Assembly (NCBI GenBank): GCA_030770535.1
Contig: JASVEC010000117.1
Coordinates: 1-48,491, forward strand
Reading direction: 5' to 3'
Length of the DNA: 48,491 bases
Source: Batkoa obscura
Lineage: Eukaryota
Positions 34,443 through 45,819 of this stretch are shown here, piece by piece (position 1 is the first letter of the stretch; every line of letters starts with the position of its first letter). The notes beneath the pieces are model-generated. The model worked only from the letters and a program-made list of their open reading frames with translations. It had not been told where the DNA came from and searched no databases. Both the position numbers and the translations under genes were made by a program.

Positions 34443-37014
34443 TTAATCTTCAAATTGTACTAATTCAGCATTATCTGGAACTAACATACCAACTTCAGGA
34501 TATAACAATTTACTTACAATACCATCTTTTGGTGCTTTAATAACGTGTTCCATTTTCATAGCTTCTAATACTAATAAAGATTGACCTTCCTTAACTTGAT
34601 CACCTTGTTTAATTAACAGTTGGGTAATTTTACACGGCATTGGAGCACGAATAGAAGATTGATTTAAATTACTATTACTATTGGTAAGGTAACTAGGTGG
34701 AATTGTATTTAATTGTAATTTATTATTTTCATTGAATACCGTGATTTGATGATAAGATTTGGTTAAATTAGGTAATAAATGAATAACTTCATTTTTATAA
34801 ATTTGATTGTTAATTTCAATACGTTGAGAATCAATTTGTTTAACAGAATCAATTACTTGGATTTCATTATCATTATTAATTGTAAATTTGTATTCTTTTG
34901 TTTTAATATCATATTCAGCTTCTACCTTAAGTATGTTTTCTTCTTTTCCTTCAATTGTAAATTCATAACTATATCTCTTTTTAATATTAGGTTGGAAGTT
35001 GTTCATTTGATTGAAAGGTGAATAAGGATCTAATTACAATATTTAAATGAAATTAGTTTTATATTAGTATAATTAATAGATTAATAAATTTACCATTAGA
35101 ATGAGTGTTATTATTATTGATAATTAATTGATCGTTTTGTAATAATTTAAAAGCAGCTTGAATAATCAATTCAGGTCGAACTTGAGTTTCTGAAAATAAA
35201 TCTTTTTCGAATTTCTAAGATAAAAATTAATAAGTCTTATATAGTATACCATGATGTTGATTACTTACTTTAATAAACCCTGTTTCTACTTCACCATCGA
35301 TAAAAGCTTGATGTTGAATTAAATTTTTCAAAAAATCAATATTAGTATTTAACCCCACAATTTGGTATTCTTGTAAACAATTTTTTAAAATCCTTAATGC
35401 TTCGGTACGATCTCGTCCTCTAACAACTAATTTAGCAATCATGGGGTCATAATGAACGGATACTTGATCTCCTTGTAATACTCCTGTTTCTACTCGAATA
35501 TCTTTACTTTCAGTTGGTGTTTTTAAATAAGTCAATGGTCCAACATCCGGTAAAAACCCTTTATTTGGATTTTCAGCATAGATACGTGCTTCAAAGGCAT
35601 GACCTGTTAATTCAATTTCTTCTTGTTTTTTAGGTAATGGGTTGCCAGCTGCCACCTAACAGATTCGATTATAAATTTAGTTATTTGCTTAATTGATGTT
35701 TTGACTTACTTCCAATTGCCATTGTACTAAATCCACATTAGTAATCATTTCAGTAACTGGATGTTCCACTTGTAAACGAGTATTCATTTCCATAAAATAA
35801 AAATTATTGGTATCATTATCAAAGATAAATTCCACAGTACCAGCACCTACATAACCTACTGCTTTAGCCGCAGCTACTGCTTTTTCACCTAAATCTCTAC
35901 GTATTTCTTCCGACAAATTAGGTGCTGGTGCTTCTTCTAATATCTTTTGATGTCTTCTTTGAACAGAACAATCTCTTTCGAACAGATGAACAGCATTACC
36001 AAATTTATCTCCAAACACTTGTACCTCTACATGACGTGGGGTAACTAAATACTTTTCGATTAACACTTTATCATCCCCAAATGATTTCATCCCTTCACGT
36101 TTACTACTTTCTAACATGGCAAAAAATTCATCGGAATTTTCTACAATTCTCATACCTTTACCACCTCCACCTTTAATAGCTTTAATTAAGACTGGATAAC
36201 TGAAAATAAAAGTGTTAGAATTCAATCTATCAAATAAATTAAAAATAAAAATAATACCCAATCTCATTAGCTCTTTGTTTTAAATATTCTGGATCTTGAT
36301 TTTCACCATGATATCCAGGAACTACTGGTACCCCTGCTTTTTCCATAATAATTTTACTTTCTGATTTACTACCCATACTAGTAATAGCAGAAGATGGAGG
36401 ACCAATAAATACTAGTTCATTTGCCAATAATTTTTCAGCAAATCCAGCGTTTTCAGATAAAAACCCATAACCAGGATGGATGGCCTAATAATGAGAGTAT
36501 AACTTAGTATACATAGGAAAAGGATAAAACAAATTACCTTAGCACCACTTTTTTTAGCTACTTCAATGATCTTATCCATCTTTAAATAACTTTCAGAGCT
36601 GGGTGCCGGACCAATGAAATAAGCTTCATCAGCCTAAATAAATGGAATTAAGACAACTGTTTATTTTATTAAAGCTCTTCTTTTATAAACTTACCATCTT
36701 AGTATGTAAAGAAAACCTATCGGCTTCAGAATAAACAGCTACGGTTTTTACACCTAACTTTTTAGCTGTTTTCATGACTCGAATAGCTATTTCGCCTCTA
36801 TAAGATTGGGATTAGTATTTGTTATTAGGATGAAAAGCATCGCTGGCTTACCGATTAGCTATCAATATTTTATCAAATAAAGGTTTGTTGACGTCTATGA
36901 AATGGAAATTTAGAATAGTTTAATAAAATTAAAGAGTCATAATTTACTAGTTGATAACCATCTTGCATTAGATGATTTATTAACGTTTAATAATTTTAAA
37001 TATTGAGTTAACAT
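34443..37014 (-). CDS. MCCC1: 3-methylcrotonyl-CoA carboxylase alpha (biotin-containing) subunit, mitochondrial
   Basis: [68 protein letters not shown] and the biotin site EAMKMEH. Presequence-like N-terminus and about eight short introns. Confidence 0.9.
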
Positions 37015-37533
37015 TCTTTCAAATTATAAAAAAGCAATAAGAAATTCAATTATGTTTTAAATTTTAATTATATTTTTATTTGTTTTTAAACTACTAATTT
37101 TATTGATTTAGTGTCATCTTGGTTTTATTGGTCAAGTTTCTTTTTTCGAAGAATTTAAAAGGTTGATTTAGTCAATAGTAATAAATGCTACCCTTTTTCT
37201 ATGGTTATCGTGAGAATAAACCTAATTGATATGGTTGAGTTGTTTTATTCGAGTTTTAATTTTGATTTTGATTTGATTATTGTTATTAACTAATTGATAG
37301 TTTAGTCCCTTTTTATCAAATGACAAACTCAAAAACTATATTGTTTGATCTTGTATCTTAATTCAAATTTTTAATAAATAAACAATCATATTTATTAACT
37401 GTATTATTGTATTTTTATTTAAGTTATCTTATTTTGTAATCGAATTTCGTCTAGCTTTTAATGAGAAATCATTGAGTTAACCTCCTCCTACATAACAAAT
37501 ACTAACTTATTACTTTTTCAAAAAACTATTATA

Positions 37534-37632
37534 TGGGGATGTTTTTTTGATTTCATTACTTTTCCATTTTTTAGGCGCTATTTGAGTGGAAAAATTCTTA
37601 GCAAAATTCTTAAACGAAAAAATACATCCCCA
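37534..37632. mobile_element. ~100-bp MITE copy 8
   Basis: TGGGGATGTTTT...AAAAAATACATCCCCA, TA/TA flanks. Confidence 0.9.
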
Positions 37633-37990
37633 TATTATTTTATTGTTTATTTGGTTGTCTTTTAGTAAATGCTTATTAGCGACTATTTATTTTTTTAAAT
37701 GCTGTTTTTTATGTTTTTGCAAAAGTTACTAAATTTGACAAGGAAGTTTAAAATTAAAAGCCAAATGTGGTGTATTTTAAAAAGCTTATTTTAAAGATAC
37801 TTATGTGCTAAACAAAATTACTTTAATCTAGATGAGACTATATAGCTATTAACTGAGAGAGTCATAGAGAACAGTAAAACAAATATATACACTGATTTAA
37901 AAACCTATTATTTAATAAAGGCTTTGATTTTAATTTTAAAAAATTTTATTAAAGACAAAGTAATTTTTAAAAATACTAGTAGTTTTAATT

Positions 37991-38063
37991 AGCCTAATAT
38001 GGGGCTCGAACCCATGACCCTGAGATTAAAAGTCTCATGCTCTACCGACTGAGCTAATCAGGC
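37991..38063 (-). tRNA. tRNA-Lys(TTT)
   Basis: Minus strand reads GCCTGATTAGCTCAGTCGGTAGAGCATGAGACTTTTAATCTCAGGGTCATGGGTTCGAGCCCCATATTAGGCT, a canonical 73-nt cloverleaf. Confidence 0.93.
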
Positions 38064-38257
38064 AACTTATTTTGAATGGGAAGATATTAAATATTTTAAC
38101 ATAATACTTTCAAATATAACTTTTAGATACAATATGCAAGGGTGTCTGAGTTGGCTTCATTTTTATTAAAATAAAATTTTTTGCAAAAATGTGCTTTTTA
38201 CCAAAAAGCAGGTATTTGGCAGTTTTAAATTATTTATTATAATACATGTTATAAATT

Positions 38258-38442
38258 AGCAGGATTTTCATTAAATTTAATAAAAATTACCAGATTAATA
38301 AAGGTTTTATTAATGTAACTTATATAACAATACCAGTTAAAGCTGTAACACGTAAATAAATACATATTTCTATAAAGCTTTATTAAGGAATATTTGTTAT
38401 TGGCTGCTTTATAGCTAATATGATAGATTTTCTATCAAATAA
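38258..38442. repeat. ~185-bp dispersed repeat, copy 2
   Basis: Aligns with 18785-18970 in the same orientation. Confidence 0.7.
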
Positions 38443-38730
38443 ATAAACAAACAATTTTAATATTATAATTGCATCAATATATTATTAAATTAATAACTTG
38501 AATAGTATTAATATTTAATAAACAATTTCCATTATTTGGTAGATTATTTCATTATTTAATAAATATTCAAACTTTTAAATTTTTATAAAATAAACTAGTT
38601 TATTTTTTTACTTTTTATGGACTTTGTAATTTTTTTGACCTATCAGATACTAGATAATAATGTGCTTTATTGTTATGTTCAATATATATATATTTCTTTT
38701 ATTTTTTCATTTTTTTTCTATCTTTAATTA

Positions 38731-39122
38731 TATTTGTTTAAGAACTTTACTAACAATCTTTCCGCTCAAATAGCACTTAAAAAATGGAGGAAGTAATGAA
38801 ACCAAAAAAAACATCACCATATGGGGATGTATTTTTGTGTCTAAGAATTTTATTAACAATTTTTCCACTTAAATAGCGCTTGAAAAATGGAAAAAATAAT
38901 GAAGTCAAAAAAAACACTCCCATATAGTGATATTTTTTGGTTTTATCACTTGGGGGTGTTTTTTTGGCTTCATTACTTCCTCCATTTTTTAAGTGCTATT
39001 TGAGTGGAAAAATTATTAGCGAAATCCTTAAACATAAAAATAGATCCCCACTTTTTCTATTTTTTAAGCACTATTTAAGTAAAAAGATTATTAACAAAAC
39101 AAATAAAAAAAATACATCCCCG
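38731..39122. mobile_element. Stack of four MITEs (copies 9-12): ~38731-38819 truncated, 38822-38922, and 38925-39122 with 38951-39050 nested inside
   Basis: Adjacent copies are separated by single TA dinucleotides. The nested copy is flanked by CT/CT inside a host copy whose two halves reconstitute the consensus. Confidence 0.85.
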
Positions 39123-39148
39123 TATACTACTTTTTTTACTTTTAGTAT

Positions 39149-39610
39149 TGTGAAATTTGGTACTCAGTGGTTGAAGTCAAAAGCAGTTTTTGCTTAATTG
39201 ACTAGCTGTAGGTCGAAAGGTCTTAGTTTATCTAGCTAAGGTAAACTCAAATTATGAAGAATGCCAGATGACAGGCTACGGACTATATAAGACAAATAGA
39301 ATAGATAATACTAATGTAAATCTACGTAAAATACTATTAAGAAAACTTAGTGGCTTTATTCAATGTTCGAGATATCAGGGAATAATTCGGTTAAAAAGCC
39401 TCGAACTACTATACTCTGTAAACTCTTTTATACTCTGAAAAGTATAAATATCAAAATGAGAAGATAATATTCTTTGGGATGGAGCTAGAAATTCTCATAG
39501 GAAATCAAAATAAAAGCTTGAGTTTAATTGTACTTGAGCTCGAGAACACAACAGCTTAAGTGGCTGTCATGTTATAATCGACCATAGAGCTAACAGAGCG
39601 ATATTTCACA
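39149..39610 (+). mobile_element. ~462-bp solo-LTR-like element copy C
   Basis: TGTGAAAT...ATTTCACA with flanks GTAT/ATAT (4-bp TSD with one transition). Internal TATAAATA followed by AATAAA. Confidence 0.8.
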
Positions 39611-39615
39611 ATATA

Positions 39616-39714
39616 TGGAGATGTATTTTTTTGTTTAAGAATTTTACTAACAATCTTTTGTCTAAATGGCGCTTAAAAATGGAAAAAGTGATGAAGTCAG
39701 AAAAAACATCACCA
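39616..39714. mobile_element. ~100-bp MITE copy 13
   Basis: TGGAGATGTATTTT...AAAAAACATCACCA, TA/TA flanks, 5 bp from the end of LTR copy C. Confidence 0.88.
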
Positions 39715-40532
39715 TATATATTCTTTGATAAATATATATTCTTGTTATTATTATTTTTAATTTTTTTATATTTTTAATAAAGAAAACTATTTTTAAAAAT
39801 ATTCATTTTTACAAACTATAACAGTTGTCATATTTTGGAGGAGATACAAAATAAAAATCTTACAACTTTGTTTAAATTATACAAAAAATAGACTATAAGC
39901 TATAACAATAGTTTTATTTTTTGTCTAAAATTTTAAGTTTGTTTCTATTATAAGGAATTAATTAGTTATCTTCCACAATTAACAATATAAAATGATAACT
40001 ATTTTTTATTGGTTCAAAATAGCTGTTCAAAGGATTAAAACTAATATTATAGTAGATAATATCATTTGATTGTTATAATCAATAATATTTTTTTCATTGG
40101 AATTTTTAATAATTATGTCTAATTTTACAAAAATTGACTTTATAGTTGTAGTTGACTATTTTTATCGCTTCAACTACAAAAAAGGTCAAATTACTTTATA
40201 AGAATTATAATACTTTATTATTAGCATTAAAATATAAGGATCATGACAGAAGAATAGCCTAAATTTCGATGGCCTCTCTGGCCTATTTATTATACAGAAC
40301 CTTTGCTTTAGTCCAGTAATTGTTCGAGATTGAAATCCTAAGAAATCCCTATCTGCTGTGATCCCTCAAAATAAAAATCAAGGGATATTAAAACCAATAA
40401 AAATCAAAAAAAACTACACATGGTTAAAAGCATAGATTATGAGAGTGACGTTTCTCATTGTACATAAATTAATTTCAAAAGCATCAAAATACCTACCTTA
40501 AACTTAAACTCATTCAATAATTCAATAAAGTC

Positions 40533-41856
40533 ATGATTCTATTCATATATCTGACCCTAATATCCATCTTTCACGCTTCCACCCGTCAATTAACCGACCA
40601 ATATTCGAATCCTATACGCTCTAAGTTACGTTTAAATAAACACAACAAATTCATTATCATAACCTTAGCTGATCTGTAAGTATAAATCAATTATCATTCC
40701 CTATCACCCCAACTGACCTTCTCTTTTTCTAGCCATTATGGAGAGGAGCCAAGTTTATCTTGGGGACCTGAACAAGATTTCAATAGTACAAGAGCCATCA
40801 ATAGATTCTTAGATTTACAAGATCCAGAATTAGTAGTATTCACGGGCGATCAACTTACCGGTGAGTTTATGTTTAAGAATTACACTAAATACGTCAAACA
40901 GTTTACCAAGCCATTGAGGGAAAGGGGGATTAAGTAAGTAGGAATTAAAGGCTATTTTGTGAGACATGGGTTGTTTCTAATTTATTTTTTAGATGGAGTT
41001 CTGTCTATGGTAATCACGATATAGGGCCTAATGTACAAAGAGAGAGAATACTTGAAGAAGAACAACGATATTTTGGTAGTTATACAAAAAAAAGTGACAA
41101 GGAGTTGGAAGGTGTTGGAAATTATTTGTTGAAAGTCTATGATAAAAAGAGTAGAAAGAAAAATAAAAAAGATAAATTGAAAATGCTAATGTATTTCTTG
41201 GATTCTAGAGGTGGGTATGAGAAAGAGGGAGAACCTGGGATACCTATGGAAATTGGAAAGAACGCTTTGAAGTGGTTGGAAACTAGTTTAAAATTTTATA
41301 AACTGAAAGATAATAGTTTACCTATTCTCTTGTTCTTCCATGTACCAACGTAAGTTTTTTATTTCTATATTTTTATTAGGTTTTTCAATTGATTGTATTT
41401 ATTTAGTATTCAATTTCATTACGCTAAAGAAAAATATCCAATGAATTGTAGTTTGGATGCTTTAAATGGTAATTAGCTTCTTTATTATATTGAAACAGCT
41501 TTTAATAGCTTACTATTCTTGTTAATAGAGGATGGTGTTACTCCACAAGATAATGACACTGGATTATTTAATATAATTAAAAATTACAATGTTAAAGGTT
41601 TATTTGTTGGTCATGATCATGGTAATAATTATTAATATAATATAAGGAAATTTTGTATTAAATAGCAGGTATTAACTGGTGTTGTAAATATGAGAATATC
41701 AACTTATGTTTCTGTCCACACAGTGGGTATGGAGGGTATGGTACTTGGGAGCGTGGAATAAGGATTATTGAACTAGACTATTCTAAAAATGGCCCTTTAA
41801 TTTCGACTTATAATCAATTTGAATCGGGCAAAAAATCAAAAGTTTATTATCTTTAA
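40533..41856 (+). CDS. Calcineurin-like metallophosphoesterase (Dcr2/PAPL-like) with signal peptide, multi-exon
   Basis: The spliced product has ADLHYGE, VFTGDQ, YGNHD, FFHVP, GHDHG and HSGYGGYG...RGIRIIEL. Hydrophobic N-terminus MILFIYLTLISIF; about five short introns. Confidence 0.9.
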
Positions 41857-41938
41857 AAATGAATAATATATATTATACATATTTATTTACATTCATAAAT
41901 CCTACTTTTATTAACATATTAATAAATTATGTTACTCA

Positions 41939-42599
41939 TTAATTAAATTTTATTAACAATAACGATTTTAAACTTCTTAATATTGATTTTAAACCTGAAG
42001 TTGGTGAATCGGCTTTAGACCAATAAGCAGAAAGTTCTAATATACTTTTACAAGTAGGTGGAGAAGGAAATGAATATTTTAAACCCATTAATAGAATTTC
42101 AAATTCATTAATAGATTCCTTTGTATTTCTTATGACATAGTTTCGTTCGGAATTTAATTTAGTGAAATCTTCATTCATTTGGTCTATTGTTTTGGTTAGT
42201 TTTGGATTAGTGATAGTAGTTGGAAAAGGTATGATTTTGGTTTTTAATAGTTCGTTATTTAAGTTTGCTAATCGCTCTTTTCTTCGTCTTAAGGTTCGTA
42301 GTAGTAAACTTTCTTTAAGTTTAAATAAATAATGTAACTAATGAAAATAGTTGAGTATGAATAACGGTAATAACAATTATACTAAAACTTACTTTAAAAA
42401 AACAAAATATCGAAGAGGATAAAAACAATAGTGTAACTAAAAGCTTCAAATTTTTAGATATAAGCTTATTGCTTGATAACAACCAAGAGCTAATATTATA
42501 GTCACCACTATTGGAAGTAATATTATTATCGCTCAAGCCTTGAGTGTCATTGACTTTCACTATTCGATTCTCTATCCGATAGACTTCCTTATTATGCAT
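41939..42599 (-). CDS. Hypothetical single-pass membrane/coiled-coil protein (2 exons)
   Basis: A phase-0 intron at 42338-42392 (GTAAGT...CATTAG) joins ...SSSIFCFFK to LHYLFKLKESLLRTLRRRKERL..., continuous with ORF 41939-42178. Confidence 0.65.
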
Positions 42600-43486
42600 C
42601 TTTACTATATTTTATATGTATGTTGTTGTTATCTTTTTGATTATAGAATTAAGAATAAAAAAGAAAACTGAAGTCCATAGTAGCAATATTTATATCAATC
42701 GACTATCAAGTTACACAAAACGATATTAGTCTATTTTTAATCAAATATAAATTTACTTGTAGTTTTTGTATTTTGGGGATAAAAATCAACCAATCATATT
42801 ATGTGAGTATTATTTTTTCACTTGTTATAGATCGGGTATGCGATTTTATTGGCTAAATTTTAAATTAGGACCAACCTTTTTAGTGAATCAGCTGATGATG
42901 GGAAAATATAAAATTAAAAATCAATAAAATTAATTAGTAAAATTTAGTCATTTAGCGTAATTTATTATATTTATTATATTAAATATAATATTTTATTGAA
43001 TGAGTATCATTATACGACTTTAATATCTACTGGTTTCCTTATCGAGGTTTAAACTTTAAAATACTTGCATTAAAAAAGCTCAATGGATAATAGTAAAATC
43101 CGATCTTTACCCATAAAGTCAGGGATAAAATTAAAGTTTAGTCAATAATAATTTTAGTTGGAAATTAAAATAATTTATATTTTAATAGTTTATTAACACA
43201 AACTGAAATATATTTATTCAGTATTATATTCTATCGATTTCTATATGATCGATTATGAGTTCTTTTGGTCTGATTTCTGATACTAAATAATGGCTATTAA
43301 GCCTAGACTTTACTATAAAAATAAAGCTGCTGGGAGTAAAGTATGCTATACAACCCCATTTACTTTGTTTCGTTATTCTATAAGTAAAGTTAACTATTTC
43401 AGTAATTTAAAGTTTAAAGATAAATTAGAACTTATGAATTTGCTCAAGTTTATTGAAATAGATTTCAATCAGCTAAAAAGACAATA

Positions 43487-43586
43487 TAAGGATGTATTTT
43501 TGTGTTTAACGGTTTTACTAACAATTTTTCCGCTCAAATAGTGCTTAAAAGATAGAAAAAAGTAATGAACCCAAAAAACACCCCCG
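43487..43586. mobile_element. ~100-bp MITE copy 14
   Basis: TAAGGATGTATTTTT...AAAAAACACCCCCG, TA/TA flanks. Confidence 0.82.
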
Positions 43587-43814
43587 TATAAAAAGTAATA
43601 AAAATGGTAGAAATATAAAGCCAACAGTTTTATAAAATAGTATTATTTTTTTACTTGTTTAAAGTTATATTAATTTAAAGATAAAACCAAATTAATTACA
43701 TTAACTTTATTTATTTATATTCTTATTATAATAACGTATAAATTATTCTAATTGGAATAACATTGAGTCATCCAAAATGGAGTTTTAAATTGTGAAGCAT
43801 AAAAAACAGGGTAA

Positions 43815-44802
43815 ATGGAATCAAAATCAAAATTAAAAAAATTATCTTCAAACAAAAACGAAACTAATAGAATGTCCAGTAATAAACAATTAGAAAACTT
43901 AACCTTGGAAGAGGAACAAGAGCATATAGTTCAAGAAGTCCAATCTTTAAATCAACACTTTATTTGTGTATTTTGCGGCTCCGGTTTGGGAAATGATCCA
44001 GAATACGAAAGAGTAGCTATTGGTAAGAATAAACTTCAATTACTAATTAAATACTAATACAAATTCCCCCTCTCCGTAAACAGCTTTAGGTAAAGAGTTG
44101 GTAAAACGAGGCTATGGTTTAGTTTATGGTATATTAAATAAAATATTACATTAAAAAAAACTAACATCTCCCTTCAAAGGTGGTGGTAATGGAGGTTTAA
44201 TGGGAGCTGTAGCTAAGTCGGTTGCTTCTGAAGGAGGTAAAGTAATTAGTATTTATCCTTGGGGGTTTAGAGAGTTTTGTAAAGTGGACTTTGCCTATAA
44301 AAATATCTTAGTCAAAGATATGCATCAAAGGAAAAAATTAATGGCTAGACTGGTAAGTGTTTTTTTGTTTTGAAGAGATATGAGTTAACTTGTATCATAT
44401 CAGTCATTTGCATTTCTAGCGCTTCCAGGTGGATTAGGGACCTTTGAAGAAATTATGGAAATGGCTACTTGGTAAATATTAGTTTCTAATTACTTTATTT
44501 CTTTATTGTTTATTATTATCATTTTAGGAATCAATTATCCATCCATAACAAGTATTTGGGCTTAATTAACACTAATAATTTCTATAGTATTTTTGATAGT
44601 TTGTTAGAGCATGGATTAAAAGGTAAATTAATAAGGATTACAAATTGAAGCTTAAATGTTTACTAATTTTCTAAAAATAGAGGGTTTTATCAGTGAAGGT
44701 AGTCGAAAATTAATTACAACTTCCGAAGATTATAATGAACTATTAAACCAAATCCAAAATTTCAACGGCTATGATTATAAAGCTCCATTTACGTGGCAAT
44801 AA
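43815..44802 (+). CDS. LOG: LOG-family phosphoribohydrolase (cytokinin riboside 5'-monophosphate phosphoribohydrolase-like)
   Basis: ICVFCGS, LVYGGG.GGLMG, MHQRK and the signature PGGLGTFEE. Five short introns. Start at 43815 or 43872. Confidence 0.92.
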
Positions 44803-45819
44803 TAAAGTAAAATTAAATGTTGATTATACTAGAAAAATGTGATAAAATAAAATATACTATTTTAATTTTTTATTAAGATTATCAATCGAATCTGATTTCT
44901 TACCTATAAGACTCTTTCTTTTACTTTAATCAAAGTTTAAAGTATTAAGCTTTATAATTTTGTTATTAATAGAATCAATTAATATATTCAAAAAGTTTAA
45001 AAAATACATCAAGACTACAAAGCATTCATGACATTACCGCTCAATTGTAGATTAAAAGTAATAAAAAATAATAAAACACATTTCAATCCCTTCTGTTTAT
45101 ATAAAAAGCAATGTGTTTCAATGTCATCATTCTCACACTATGCACACAGCTTTTTTTTCTCTATCAATTTTATAAAACAATGGATAGCCTAACATTGTTT
45201 TCTTACGGTGAATTATTCTATTTATATATATTTTTTATATTGCCATTGCCCATTAGTCTAATGATAGCTTGAACCGCTTGAACCGCTTTGTCTATAACTA
45301 CTACCTTCAATCTTCACTCAATTCTTTATTGATTTGAATTGAATAGACGCCACTGACATTTTCCTAAAATGATTACTATCCAATTTCATCCACTAAAAAT
45401 AAACGATCGAACTGCTTTCTAAATAAAAATTGATTAAACCTTTTACTCAACTTAAAATTTTATTCATCTCATCGCCCTCGTTTATCTTTGAAATTACTTT
45501 TGTATCTCTATAACATATAATCATCAAGCTTTACATAACGAAAATTTAGTGAAGATTCAGTCCATGACAATAAACCCGTCTAAATTTTATATAATTGGCT
45601 TAAATGCAATTATATTCAACCAATCATTCTCATTATTATAATGGCTCAACTTGTAGTTTGTTTGTAACACTAAAATTATGACAGAATTGATTTTTCTTCA
45701 TTAATTTTAACTCAACTAATTTTTTATATTTTATTTAAAAGAAAATTTTTATTTATTTTAACGACCCAAAATCAAGACAGCAAAGTTTATCAATTGAAAA
45801 AAGTTAGAGAGAAACAAAA

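Noticed and set aside
38731..39714. Clustered ~100-bp repeats as a CRISPR-like array
   Set aside because: The units have TIRs and TSDs, occur in both orientations and are dispersed elsewhere. There are no unique spacers or cas genes, and the DNA is eukaryotic.
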